Shown: positions 12,555 to 29,286 of the stretch, piece by piece
Position numbering within the stretch: position 1 is the stretch's first letter
How the letters are laid out: every line of letters begins with the position of its first letter
Assembly: GCF_009914755.1 (NCBI RefSeq)
Contig: NC_060929.1
Source of the DNA: the human T2T-CHM13v2.0 reference genome, Homo sapiens
DNA: 64,000 nucleotides
Reading direction: 5' to 3' (one strand)
The notes under the pieces: generated by a model
What the model was told of the DNA's origin: nothing
What the model saw: only the letters and a program-made list of their open reading frames with translations
The model's database searches: none
Translations under genes and position numbers: made by a program

Positions 12555-12909
12555 CCAAATACACTCCTAAACTAGTGAGACGTGCAGACAGGCCTGGAAT
12601 CTTTAAATGAGAAGAGAGACTCAGAATGGCCTTGCTGTTGTTTCAGAATACAAATACCAATGCGTACAGCTCCTGGCACAAGGGCATCTGGGAGGGAGAC
12701 TGGATGATAAGAACAAAGCCTAGATGAGCCCGTTGGGTCCAACACACTTTCTTCAGTCAATAATTTGCAATTCCATATTCACAAATGTAGAACCTGCTCA
12801 GACAGCACAACAGTGAAACGAATCCTCGTCCTTACCCCATTGCTTAGTTCAAAAGGCTAGACAACCAGTGTTGTGTGAGGAACATCAGACTTGAAAGTGA
12901 GGTGGTTGG

Positions 12910-13262
12910 CCAAAGTTGAAATGAAGGAAAAAATGTTAAGGGCAGCCAGAGAGAAAGGTCAGGTTACCCTCAAAGGGAAGCCCATCAGACTAACAGCGGA
13001 TCTCTTGGCAGAAACCCTACAAGCCAGAAGAGAGTGGGGGCCAATATTCAACATTCTTAAAGAAAAGAATTTTCAACCCAGAATTTCATATCCAGCCAAA
13101 CTAAGCTTCATAAGTGAAGGAGAAATAAAATACTTTACAGACAAGCAAATGCTGAGAGATTTTGTCACCACCAGGCCTGCCTTACAAGAGCTCCTGAAGG
13201 AAGCACTAAACATGGAAAGGAACAACCGGTACGAGCTGCTGCAAAATCATGCCAAAATGTAA
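12910..13262 (+). pseudogene. L1 ORF1p C-terminal fragment
   Basis: KVEMKEKMLRAAREKG..PIRLTADL..ARREWGPIF..YPAKLSF..QNHAKM*; N-terminal two-thirds missing. Confidence 0.95.
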
Positions 13263-13325
13263 AGACCATCGAGACTAGGAAGAAACTGCATCAACTAACG
13301 AGCAAAATAACCAGCTAAGATCATA

Positions 13326-17150
<3,825 letters not shown>

Positions 17151-17389
17151 AACAGTGAGATCACATGGACACAGGAAGGGGAATATCACACTCTGGGGAC
17201 TGTTGTGGGGTGGGGGGAGGGGGGAGGGATAGCATCGGGAGATATACCTAATGCTAGATGACGAGTTAGTGGGTGCAGCGCACCAGCATGGCACATGTAT
17301 ACATATGTAACTAACCTGCACAATGTGCACATGTACCCTAAAACTTAAAGTATAATTAAAAAAAAAAAAAGAAAATAATTGATCACTGA

Positions 17390-17421
<32 letters not shown>

Positions 17422-17434
17422 TTGAGGTGGTTGG

Positions 17435-18200
17435 ATCTTGACTTTGTTATTTACCTAGTAGATGACCTTGAGGAAGTCATTTAACCTCTGTCATTCATTC
17501 CTTTATCGTTTAGTTGAGCAAATATATATTGAATTCCTGCTATGCCACCCATTAGGCTAAGTATCAGGATTACAATGAGACATTCTTTCTGCTTTTGTTA
17601 ACCTCAGAACCTTAATTACTACTAACAATGGTTGACATTTGTTGACTTTGGTCTGTGTGTCAGGCCATATGCATTTTACATGGATTATGGCAATTCTCAC
17701 AGCATCCCCAAAATAGTTATTATTATCCCTATATTGCAGATAGGGAAACTGAGGCTCATGTAAGTTAGATAATTTATTCAAAATCATGGAGCAAGTGGCA
17801 AAACTAGGACATTTAGTCCAGAGCTTAAGAATTTAACCATGTTACTATACAATAACTTCTAATTTGCTAATCTAAAAATGTAGATAATACTGCTTACCTA
17901 AACATATTTTATAAGGTTTTGTGAAAGTATTTAGTATTTAGTAAGCTATTAGGTATCAGTAAAATGCATTTAGCTATTACAATAGGTCAATTGAATGGTG
18001 GAGTAGAAATAGCACAGGGGTGAATACAACACTGGGTAGTGTGGCCCTAGGGAAGTGATTTTCCCTCTTTGAGTCTCTGTTGCCTTATCTAACACAACAG
18101 AGGAAATCGTGCCCACCCTGCCTTTCTGGAAACTATTGGAAGGATAGAAAAAAATTGTGAATGTGAAATGCTGTGTATATTGTAAAGGGCTGTGAGAATT
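17435..18200. mobile_element. MIR and L2 fragments
   Basis: gaccttgaggaagtcatttaacctctg; tcattcattcc..gcaaatatatattgaattcctgctatgcc; cagatagggaaactgaggctc. Confidence 0.7.
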
Positions 18201-18384
18201 TAAGATTTACCTCAATATATAGTGACATTTGTATTTTGATAGGCATCATGTAGAGTCTCAAGATGTTCTAAGCTATAATCCCATGTTTATTAATGCCTGA
18301 GAATCCGAATCCTGTCTTCCTAAGAAGTGAAGTTAATCAGAAAGAACAAGGACAAAGTCATCTCACAAACTATTAGAGTCGCTA

Positions 18385-18552
18385 GGTACCTTATACACTT
18401 TGGAATGCATTAAAATGAAGCTTCTGGGTCCTGCCATCCAGATACTCTGATTTGTTGGCTCTAGACTGGGGCACAGGAGGCCACATTTTTAACATACACC
18501 TCACTCTAGTTAATTCTGATTCAGGGAGTACTTAGATCATAGTTTGACAATC
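18385..18552. mobile_element. MER5-type hAT-Charlie element
   Basis: gcttctgggtcctgccatccagatactctgatt..ctggggcacaggaggccacatttttaaca..aattctgat. Confidence 0.6.
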
Positions 18553-18641
18553 TCGGATGTTATGAAGACCTTCCCTTTATAGATTGGACATGGATACACC
18601 TGACTTCTAGGAAAACACTCTACTTGAAACACTCTATTGAA

Positions 18642-19065
18642 AATTAATTCATTAACTCAAGTATTCATTGAGTGTGTACTATGTGCTATGAAGTTTTTCT
18701 TGAGGTATTGAGGATACAGCAGCACACAAAGTGCTTGCTTGCCTCATGAAAGTGACATTCTAATAGGGCAGATGAACAGTAAAGTGATAAAGGCATTAAT
18801 AAATGATACAGTGGGTGTAGTGCGAAGGAAAAGTAGATGTATGAAAGAAAATTAAGCAGGAGAAGGGGATAGAGCGTTACAGGTGGGGCTGGGCTCCCTC
18901 ATAAAGCGAGGTTTCAAAGCAGACACAGTAGAAGTGAGAGAGGCTCTACAGGAAACTGAGGGCACAGGATTATGGGAGAGGGAATAGCTCTAAGGCCAAA
19001 GTGTGCTTGGCACATTCAGAGAACTGTACAGAGGTCAGTGGGCAGCTGAACAGGAAGTAAGGGGC
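18642..19065 (-). mobile_element. L2 LINE fragment
   Basis: attcattaactcaagtattcattgagtgtgtactatgtgc..gcctcatgaaagtgacattctaatagggca. Confidence 0.75.
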
Positions 19066-19244
19066 ATACCTTAGCCTCAGTTTCAAAAACCTGCACCAGC
19101 TCCCAGTTCCCAAATTCATAACCTGGCATTCAAAGCCCTTTACGATCCGGCTTCAATCTCTACTTTACTCTTTACTCAACTTTTCTCTTTAACACTGTGC
19201 TTAGGTCAAGCTTACCTCCTGACTTTGCATGGCCCTTCTCTTTG

Positions 19245-19422
19245 GATGGCACATTTGACAGTGTCTCTAGAATTTTTTGGTTGCCACAATTAGGGGGGTT
19301 CTGTTGCAGTCAGTAGGTAGAGGCAAGGGATGCTATAAACTTCCTACAGTGTACAGGACAGCCCTCACAACAAAGAATTATTTGGCACAACATGTCAATA
19401 GGGCTGAGGTTGAGAAACCTTG
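19245..19422 (+). mobile_element. MER20 hAT-Charlie element
   Basis: ggtagaggcaagggatgctataaacttcctacagtgtacaggacagccctcacaacaaagaattatttggcacaacatgtcaatagggctgaggttgagaaacc. Confidence 0.88.
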
Positions 19423-19624
19423 GTTTAATGACTCCTTATTTTACAAAGCTGGGTCCTGTCTTGCACACCTTCCTTTAAGCTCCTTATTCTACTCTGTAGG
19501 ATTTCTCTCTGAATTGTGTGGACCTTTCATAGCCTTTTTTTGTTGTTATTATGTCTATTTCAATGTGATTTCCACACAAGTTTTGGAATTATATAGCATG
19601 GACTTATTTCCCAGATCTCCCTAT

Positions 19625-19775
19625 CTATGTGATCTCCCTTTTCCTTATCTATGAAACAGGACAAATAGCAACCCCTACTTCACACGTTGTTGGGAGGATT
19701 AAATGAGTTTGTACATGTAAATCCCTCACAACAGTGCCTGATACAGGGCCTAATAAATTTACTTATTATCATAAT
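19625..19775 (+). mobile_element. MIR SINE
   Basis: ttccttatctatgaaacagg..gttgttgggaggattaaatgagtt..acagtgcctgataca. Confidence 0.7.
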
Positions 19776-20689
19776 AAAAATCATTTAATTTCTTTCACTT
19801 TTTCATATGATCCTTAAAGGCAGTGATTATATCTTGTAGTTATATCATTATATTCCTTATACCTCCTTATATATGTAGGGCCAGATGAATTAGAGTTTCT
19901 TATCAGAATGGTAATGGTGAGGGATAAGTCTTTGGTATATTTCCAATCAATGGGCTCTAAAACTTTGAGAGTACAGGGTAAGTCCACCTCCCTTTGAGAA
20001 AATGAACTCTTACCTAGGTCAATGAATAAACTCTTTCAGCTTACCAAATACTAATTCTTGATCTAGGACAAATACATGACAGCGGCTGCACCTGAGTTTC
20101 AGGGAATAGCTTTGCTCCTTTTTGTGTTAAGATAAGGAAGATAGAAAAAGAAATGGTCAGAGTAGAAAGTGAAGCACAGGCTGAAGCTGATAAGAAACAT
20201 GGTTGTGTGTGGCGCTGATGGAGGAAGCGGCAAAGGGAACTAATGAGCAGTCTGAAGACAGAGGGAGAGATGTTCCTTTAGAGGCTGCAACCCTGCGTGC
20301 CCATTTAAAAAGCAAAAACAAAACCCAGCAGTCCCCTGGTATAATTTCAGTGACCAGTGACCTCTTGGTAAATATATCTCTTTGATATATTTTCCAGCTT
20401 GCAATCTAGAGATCAGAGTAGCAAAACAAGACAAGCAGAGGCTAACATATTTGTGTGAGCAAATACTCATTACTTTACTGTCACCTAATTTCTTGTGGAA
20501 GCAAACCAAGATTTTCATCCATGGGACTCACTTAAATTGAGAGATCCTTACAGAGTTCTGGACGGAAGCAGAGATCTGCAGTCCCATCTCATCTGTCCCC
20601 AACACCAGACTTCCAAGAGGTATCAGGAAGGGGTGAGCTCTTTTTTTCATGGACAAAACCTTTTATGTGCATGTTTCTGTTTAGTCCTC

Positions 20690-20880
20690 ATCACAATCAA
20701 GTGAAAAGATGGGCACTACTTATTACTCATTTCTTGTAGATGGTAAAACTAAGGCTCAGGGAGGTTAAATACTGGGTCCAAGTTGATACAGTATTCAAGT
20801 CACCATGCTATAGTGATATCTCACTTTTACCTGTAAGATGAAGGTGTTAGGCTAAATAACTTCTGAATTCCTTCCAACTC
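20690..20880. mobile_element. MIR fragments
   Basis: agatggtaaaactaaggctcagggaggttaaata; acctgtaagatgaaggtgttaggctaaataacttctg. Confidence 0.55.
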
Positions 20881-21340
20881 AAATTTTATAAAGGATCTGC
20901 AACTCTAAATTTAAATTCTAAATTAATTTAAAGTTCTAACTTAAAATTTAATTCTAAAATTAAACTAGCATAAGTAGGATAGAGTGGCTGGGGGTGGGGA
21001 TCGATGTAGAAAGATCAGTCACAAAATGATTATTAATGATCTAGGTCTGGGGACATGAAGACCAAGAGACAGGGCCAGCGCAAGGAGAAGGTACACCAAT
21101 AAAAAGTGATGCGTCTATTCTTGTTCCCATTTATCCAACAAGCTAAATGACTCCAGCAAGCATTAGCATCTGCCATAGCACTTGCTTAGATCAGGCAGGA
21201 GTCAATAGTTTGCCAAAAGTTCAGTGATACATTCTGAATGTGGTGTATCATTTACAGTCACTTTCTCTCTCATGCCCCTTTCTCCAACACCCATAATTTT
21301 TTTCCCTTCCTTTTCTCTGGGATTTCTTGCTATTTGACAG

Positions 21341-21541
21341 CAAAGCAAATGAGCTATGCCCAGTGAAGAATGAACACACGACTCTGGTTACCTGGCTTTG
21401 CTCGCTGCCTCTGTTTAATCGCGTGTGACTTCCTGAGTAATTGGAGAAGACGCTGGGTGTGAAGTGAGGAATGTGCAGCTACTGCAGCTCTCTTGATGAC
21501 CTCCATCGGCTTTGGAGAAGTTTGGATTCAGAGATACCACG
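21341..21541 (+). other. Candidate non-coding exon (201 bp)
   Basis: Long pyrimidine tract then tatttgacag|; donor ACG|GTAAGA; 7 CpGs in 201 bp; stops in all three frames; no repeat homology recognised. Confidence 0.35.
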
Positions 21542-22065
21542 GTAAGAGAGAACAGTAATGATGTTGAAGGACAAGGGGAGAGTGAGCCACAGGAAAATGG
21601 GCAGGTGGGGCTCCCCTTGAATCTCTAGGTCTGGCAACAATGGCAGTGGGAAATGTGAATGCCGGGACAGAACTGCTGATGCTGTGGCTTCCTTCTCAGC
21701 TCTGTCACCAACTCCTTTGACCTTGGCAAACTTCTTCTCCTGGACTCATTGCTTCTCCATCTATAAAGAGAAGATGGTGGAGGGTTACTGGGGTGCAGAG
21801 GCTTAATTATTGTTTGCAGAGGATTTGGATATTCTTGGATGAATGGTGCAATCAAAATGCTGTGGAAAATATTATGATTTTGCATGTCAGTTAGCAAGGT
21901 GACTTAAACCTGTCACTGCATATTGGGTGAGTCTTAATCAAGGAAGAGTTGCAGATATAGAAAAGAAGAAATATGAGGTTAGAGAATGGCCATTCCATGG
22001 AGATAACAGGTTTGCAGCCCAATTGATCATACTTCAAGTTTCTTATTATTGATAGTGTTAGCTGC

Positions 22066-22524
22066 TGTGGCAGAATAAAGATGGCCACAAATTCTTTGAT
22101 TCTCTTCCTATCAAGAACTGAGGTCTTTTCCTCTTCCCTTGAATCTGAGCTTGCCTGTGATTACTTCAACCTGTGGAGTATAGGCAAGCCTAGCCTTGAA
22201 AAGGACTGGAAGCTTTACTTTGGTGTCTGGGAGCCCTGCACCACCATGTAAAAAGTCCAACTACCTTTCTAGGGAGTCCAGATATATGCATCCTATGACT
22301 ATATGGAGAATAGCCACCAAGTGACAGGCACTGGTAAAGCCTTCTTAGGCCTTCTTGAGCCACTAAATGAGTCCCACTACCAGCTGAATATCCCTGAGTA
22401 ACCCAGTTGATGTCACATAGAGAATAAGAATCACAGCCAAGCCCTGATTGCATTCCTGAGCCACAAAATCATGAGCTGTAATAAAATAGGGGTAGTTTAT
22501 TTCACAAGAATGAATAACTAGAAG
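22066..22524 (+). mobile_element. MLT1G/H-type solo LTR
   Basis: tgtggcagaataaagatggccacaaattctttga..cccttgaatctg..cctgagccacaaaatcatgagctgtaataaaat..aactagaaga. Confidence 0.8.
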
Positions 22525-22539
22525 AGTTACCTTTTATTG

Positions 22540-23095
22540 CTTATCCAGTGTTATACTAGCCACTATACCTCATTTAATGTTTACATGAATCCCCAAAGTT
22601 AGATATAATTCTTTCAGATTTACAAATGAGAAAAATTAGTTCTGAGTTGGAGCAAGCTACACAGAATGAGCTTGGATTTGAATTCACATCTGTCTGAGGC
22701 TGGAGCTCATTCGGAAGGGGTTTCCAGGACAGCCTCACCCCCACTGGTCCCTCTTTCCTAAGGGCTTGCCCTGGAGCATAATGTATGAACTTTAATGCTT
22801 TGTTCTTTTGGGCTAAATATTGTCCAAATTCCATTCTTATGCAGGCACAGGAGGGCATGCTATCATTTAGTGGTCAAAGATAAGAATTAGCTCTCAGCTC
22901 TTCACTTTTCGATTATTTAAGATGTGATCATGAGATATTCTGTATCCCAGACTCTCTGCTTTATCTCACTTAATCTTCACCATAACCTATGTCAGAGATG
23001 CTACACATAGATGCCTTTATTTTACAAATTAGGCCCAAGAACACCCAGCTGGCTCATACCAGACCGAGATTGAACCCAAAGGCTCTATTCTGATG
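22540..23095 (-). mobile_element. MIR fragments
   Basis: attttacaaatgagaaaaatt..ggatttgaattcacatctgtctg; cacttaatcttcaccataacctatg. Confidence 0.55.
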
Positions 23096-23692
23096 GATTC
23101 TCAGGATAGGTGTATTCATGAGTTCCCTGCATAATCAGCTATATTCAGACCCTGTTGGTCTATGCCAGCTCATAGTGAGAAGCTGATTCCATATATCTTG
23201 GACAAATCACTGCTCATGATGCACAGGTCAGTCATTTGCTTCCCCTGTGGCTAAACCAGCAACACCCTGAGAAGCAATTTGCTGGAGGATCCAAGACTCT
23301 GCTCCTGGCCCTCTCTAGCCAATTCCAAAATTAGTCACCATGGAAATGAGGTGATTGGTGCCTAGTGACCCTTACTCACTGGGAAAAATGAATCTGAGCC
23401 CATATAACTTACTCTTGGTAGGTGGGTTATGCTATTATCAAATGATCTAAGAGCTACCTTTAGCTCTGACATTGAGACATTTAATCATGACATTAAGAAA
23501 TGATTTACCTAGCCTCTTAATTCCAGATAAGTGAACTACTATTATTATTCTCTTACAATATTTCACAGACCTCATCAACCACCAGCCTCCACCTTGTTTA
23601 CTACTTTTTAATACATTGGCCTTTCTCTTTCTCAAACATCCAAAGCTTGGTCCTTGCTTACAGCCCTTGCACTTGCTGTTCCTTGTGCCTAG

Positions 23693-24012
<320 letters not shown>

Positions 24013-24049
24013 CATCGGATCTTCTCAGGTTTGCCTCCTGTTATTTGGC

Positions 24050-25020
24050 TGTCACTTGTGGAGTTCGTATTATGTGTCAGGGACTATTCTAAGCTCTTTA
24101 CATATATTAAATCATTTAATTCTCAAAATGAGGAAACTGATGCACAGGGAGGTTAAGTCACTTGCCCAAAGTCACACAGCTGCTAAGTGATAAAGCCAGT
24201 ATTTGGACCCAGACAGTTAACTGTGGAGCTCATGATCTTAACCACACTGCTTCTTCTCCCTGACACTCAGACCTCTGCTCAGTCACATTACACTGTTTTA
24301 TATTCTCCACAGCACTAAGGATGATCTGAATTTGCCATGTTTGTTTGTGTGTTTGTTGCTCATCAGTTGTCTGTGCCCCCTGCCCCAGGCACGTGAGCTC
24401 CATAAGTGCAGGTACCTTGATTTGTCCTGTTTACCATTTCTAATACATTTGTTAAGTAAATGAGTAGATAGAGAGTCACAAAATTAAGTAATGTTTGGGT
24501 GAAAAAGTGACTGGGCAGAATGATTGCCCCCAGCGTAATCTAATCCCTACTTTATTTCCCTTTCCTCTTTATAATTTTTTTCTCTTTTGCTCTTTATTGA
24601 AAAAAATGGTACATTTAAGCAGGGAGAGCATAAATCTTAATGAGTCTGTTACTGTCTGCCAATTGCTGGTGATGAGACCTTGGGCAGATAATTTAGCCAT
24701 TCATAGTCTGTTTTCTTCCCTAGAAAATAGAGGGGGGAGTGGGAAACTCCCACTTTTTTTCATTGAGCTGGTGAAATAGCAATAATAGTAGCAGCTGTAG
24801 ATAAAGTAAATTGGTCCCACCTGTGTGCCAGACCTGTGCTAAGATTATTACATGGATTATCTCATTTAGTACTCCACAGAACCTTATGTGGTAGATACAA
24901 TTATCAGACGAATTTTATAGGGGAGGAAACAGAGGCACAAAGAGGTTTGATATCTTGTCCAAGTAAGAATCATATTTTGAACCCATACAAATTCCCAAAA
25001 CTAGCCTCTTAGCCGCTGTG
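24050..25020. mobile_element. MIR and L2 fragments
   Basis: atgaggaaactgatgcacagggaggttaagtcacttgcccaaagtcacacagc; gtgagctccataagtgcagg; gaggaaacagaggcacaaagaggtt. Confidence 0.75.
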
Positions 25021-26304
25021 AATAAGTATGTGAAGTGCTATGAAAAAATCACTGATTATTATTGTTATAAAGTATTGCATAATGTAGAATTTGTGATTCC
25101 TTCTTGGGGCTTAAATCTATAGCCAAAAGCAGCACTGTGTTTGGCCTGTTCTGGGTTGAAGTTAGCAACCTGTAACAGATGTGCTTTCCCCTGGCAGGGG
25201 GCTGACAGGATGATAGAATATTGCTCCCAAGTTGGCAGAGTGGGCAGAGACAAAGCAGAAGGAGAGGGGAAAAATGAAGGTTAAACCCTCCAAAGGTTTC
25301 ATAGAGCAAACACCTTCCTTTCCCAGCAAATATCGACTGGCATTTAAGAAACAATATGTAACTGCAACTTCCATACAATAAATCAGCTTACAGCTGATGC
25401 TGTATGTTTCACATCTTTTTAAAAACTATATATGTGGATGGAATACACATTGTTATACTTTAGCACATAAAAATTGAGAATGATATTAAAATGCCTATTT
25501 CCTGTTGTGTGTACCAATAGGAGATATTAGAATCATTTTTACTGATTACAGTAATACATGTTGCTATTGAAATGAACAGCCTCACTTAAAAAAATCATGA
25601 GTATTATTAGCTTCTTTGCATGACAGTAGTTCCTCATACATTTTTAATGTTTTAATCTGGAAAACTCATTGACATTTCATGTTGGAAATCCATAGAGCAC
25701 TGTGTTGCAGTGTGGCCTCTTAGGGACTAGAATATGTCAAGATGGTAGGCCAAGAGGATCAGAGGTAGTGGAAGAAGCATGGATTCAGCTCTAGCGAGGG
25801 TGAATCAAATATTTCAGAGCTCAATTTTTTATTTATAAATATGGAGGTAAGAAAAACTAACATTTGCATGGTGTGTTATAGTTTATACAGGGTTTTGCAT
25901 GCCTTTTTCATTTGACCTTGGAGTTTATTATCACCATTACAAATGTACAAATTGACATGCAGGAAAGAGTGCTGCATGCATAAGTTTATATCATTAGGCC
26001 ATGGAAGATTTGGGATTTAAACTGATATTTTCTGACTATAGAAATTTTGCTTGTACTATAATACTCAGGGCTCTTGATATTTTGTCCCATTCCATAACAG
26101 GAAACAAAAACAAAATATTTGGCCTATGAATTCAGTGATATTGCTAGTGGTTTTAATGTCAGCTCAGTTGACAAAATTAGTATCACTTATCTTTCCAGAA
26201 TAGTAGGTAACATCCATGGTATTTATTCATTCATTCATCTATACATTCCATCAATATTCATTTAACATCTCTACTATGTAACAAATGTTTTGTTAAACAT
26301 TAGA

Positions 26305-27730
26305 GTTACAAAGTCATGGTAATCAAAACATTATGGTACTGACATAAAGACAGACATATAAACCAGTAGTACAGAACAGAGAGCCCAGATCCACACATAT
26401 CAGTCAACTGATTTTCAATAAGGGTATAAAGCATGCACAATGGAGAAAGGATAGTCTCTTCAACAAATGGTATTGGGAAAACTGGATATCCACACACAGC
26501 GGAATGAAATTTGACCGTCATCTTCTACCATACATAAAAATCAACTTGAAATATAGTAAAGACCTAAATATAAGACCTAAAACGGTAAAACCCCTAAAAG
26601 AAAACATAGAGGAAAGCTCCATGGCATCGGTCTCGGCAATGATTTATTGGATATGACACCAAAACACAGGCAACAAAAACAAAAATATTCAAGTGGGACT
26701 ACATCAAGCTAAAAAGCTTCTGCACAACAAAGAAAATATCAACAGAGTGAAAAGCAATTTGTGGAATGGGAGATAATACTTGCAAGCTGTATATCTTAAA
26801 AGGAGTTCATCTCTAAAATGTGTAAGGAACTCCTACAACTTAATAGAAAAAAAAAGCAATTTTTAAAATGAGCTAATAGTTTAAATAGGCATTTCTCCAA
26901 AGAAGAAATACAAATGGCCAACAAGTATATGAAAAAATGCTCAATGTCACTATTAAGTTGGTGCAAAATTATTTGCAATTTTTGTCATTGAAAGTAATGG
27001 TAAAAATCACAATAACTTTTGCACCAACCTAATAATTATCTGGGAAATGCAAATCAAAACCACAATGAGATATTACCTCACACCTGTCAGAATAGGTATT
27101 ATCAAAAAACAAAAGACAACAAGTGTTCATGGGGATGTAGGGAAATCGAACCTCTTGCACACTGCTGTTGGGAATGCAACATGGTGCAGCCACAATGAAA
27201 AACAATATGGAGGTTCCTCAAAAAATTAAAAACAGTAGTACCATATAATCAAACAATCCCACTTCTGAATGTTTACCCAAAAAAGTGGACATCAGGATCT
27301 AGAAGAGATATTAGCACTCCTGTGTTTATTGTGGTAGTATTTACAGGGAATAACCTAAATGTATGTTGACAGATTAATGGACCCAAAACCATGATATGTG
27401 CATACAGTGGAATATTTTTAAAGGAAATTTTGTAGTATATAACAATATGGATGAACCTTAAAGACATTATGTTAAGTGAAATAAGCTAATCACAGAAAGA
27501 CAGATTTCATAGAATCAAAGAGGGGGATAGTGATTACCAGGTGCTGGGAAAGGGGAAAACGGGCAGTTATCAATGGATGGGCATAAAATTTTAAGGGAGC
27601 AGAATGCATAAGTTCTAGAGATCTGCTGTACAACATTGAGTCTATAGTCAACAATAATGTATTGTATATTTAAAAATTTGTTAAGAAGGTAAATCTCACA
27701 TTAAGTGTTCTTAATATAAAAACAAAATAA
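26305..27730 (+). mobile_element. L1MA (MA8/9-like) 5'-truncated LINE-1
   Basis: ORF2 C-terminal homology (ORF 27047..27229 [15 protein letters not shown]); 3'UTR ataagttctagagatctgctgtacaaca. Confidence 0.85.
26953..27032. mobile_element. MADE1 (Hsmar1-derived 80-bp MITE)
   Basis: ttaagttggtgcaaaatt..ttttgcaccaacctaa, exactly 80 bp, palindromic, TA TSD at 26951-26952 and 27033-27034, interrupting L1 sequence. Confidence 0.95.
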
Positions 27731-27855
27731 AATACTTTACTATATTATATACGAAAAGATTAATAAAGCTTGGATAATCTTGAAAATGAAGATAAAGTGA
27801 TACTTTCCAATGTAAATTGGTAACTGCTTTTATTGGAGATCAATTTGAAAGTGTC

Positions 27856-28205
27856 TGATATGGTTTGGCTCTGTGTCCTCACCCAAATCTCATCTTGAAT
27901 TGTACTCCCATAATTTCCACGTGTTGTGGGAGGGACCTAGTGGGAGATAATTGAATCATGGGGGTGGTTTCCCCCATGCTGTTCTCGTGCTAGTGAATGA
28001 GTCTCGAGAGCTCATGGTTTTATATGGGGTTTGCACTTCCGATTCTCGCTCTTTCTGCCACCATGTAAGAAAAACTTTCACCTTCCACCATGATTGTGAA
28101 ACCTGCCTAGCCACGTGGAACTGTAAGTCCATTAAACCTCTTTCTTTTGTAAATCACTCAGTATTGGGTATGTCTTTATCAGCAGCATAAAAATGGACTA
28201 ATACA
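27856..28205 (+). mobile_element. THE1 (B/C) solo LTR
   Basis: tgatatggtttggctctgtgtcc..aaatggactaataca, 350 bp; TSD gtgtc/gtgcc. Confidence 0.93.
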
Positions 28206-28570
28206 GTGCCTCAGCATTTTGAGTGCACAAATTCTTAAAACCAGAAATTTCACATCTTGCTATTTATTACAGAAGACATCGGCATGTATGCATAGAGTCA
28301 TGTAAAAAGGTATACCTTGAAGCATTGTTTATTACTGCAAGAATCAACTTAAATGTCCTTAAGTAATCTCTTTTAAAATAAGTATATAAGTGAAGAAATA
28401 TTTTGCAGGAAACAAAAGAATGAGAAATATCTGTATGCAGTGACATATTAAGAGTTCAAAACTTATTTCTATGTAGAAAAAGAAAAATATTTACAGTAGA
28501 TGTAATTAATGTTTGAAAATAACTAGCAAAATAATAATATCTGTCAGATAGGCTATCTATCTGTAGAGAT

Positions 28571-28608
28571 ACACACACACACACACATACACACACGTAC
28601 ACATACAC
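28571..28608. repeat. (CA)n microsatellite
   Basis: acacacacacacacacatacacacacgtacacatacac. Confidence 0.85.
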
Positions 28609-29286
28609 AGAGATTAAAAAATAGTCTAGTAGGTTATACTCAACACAAATGATTGTCTCCTTGTTGGGGGAAGGAAAGATTGGAGGGTAAAGGAACTTTC
28701 TGCTTCTTCTGTACTTTTTGAATTGTTTACTCATAGAACTAAAATTAAAATAAGATGATTTCATCTCACATGTTAAGATGAAGAAATTTCTCAGAGGTCA
28801 CTGAGGAATCTAGACTGTAATACATAGCATTATTTCATAGTCTTAAAGTTTTACTCTAGATGGCAAATAACCTCCTGTCTTTGTTTTGTCACACTGAAAT
28901 GTCTGAAATTAAATGGAAGACACTAATAACATACAAGTTTTCTTCTGGTGAAATTTTTTTTATTTTTAAAAATGAACACATAATAATTGTAGACATTTAT
29001 GATGTACATAGTGAGTTTCAATGTATAGCACATTAGTGATCAAATCGGGGTAATTATCCATTACATCAAACATGTATCATTTGTGTTGGAAACATAATTT
29101 CTTCTCTTCCAAGTATTTGAAAATAATTGTTGACTGTATTCACTCTACAATGTTATAAAACACTAAAGCTTGTTCCTCCTATTTAGCTGTAATTTTGTAT
29201 CCTTTAACCAATCACTTTTGATCCACCCTTTCCCCTACCCTTCCTATTTTCTAGTAACCACTATTCTACTCTCTACTTCTATTCTT

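Noticed and set aside
12891-12909. Apparent novel N-terminus MKVRWL on L1 ORF1
   Set aside because: TTG start inside the target-site duplication; an ORF-caller artefact of the 5' truncation.
17195-17228. G-quadruplex-forming G-rich tract
   Set aside because: Standard L1PA 3'UTR feature, not locus-specific.
20880-20966. Repeated ttctaa/aattta units resembling a spaced array
   Set aside because: AT-rich low complexity with no constant period or spacer structure.
25186-25205. CTCF-like ccctggcagggggctga
   Set aside because: Several mismatches at high-information core positions.
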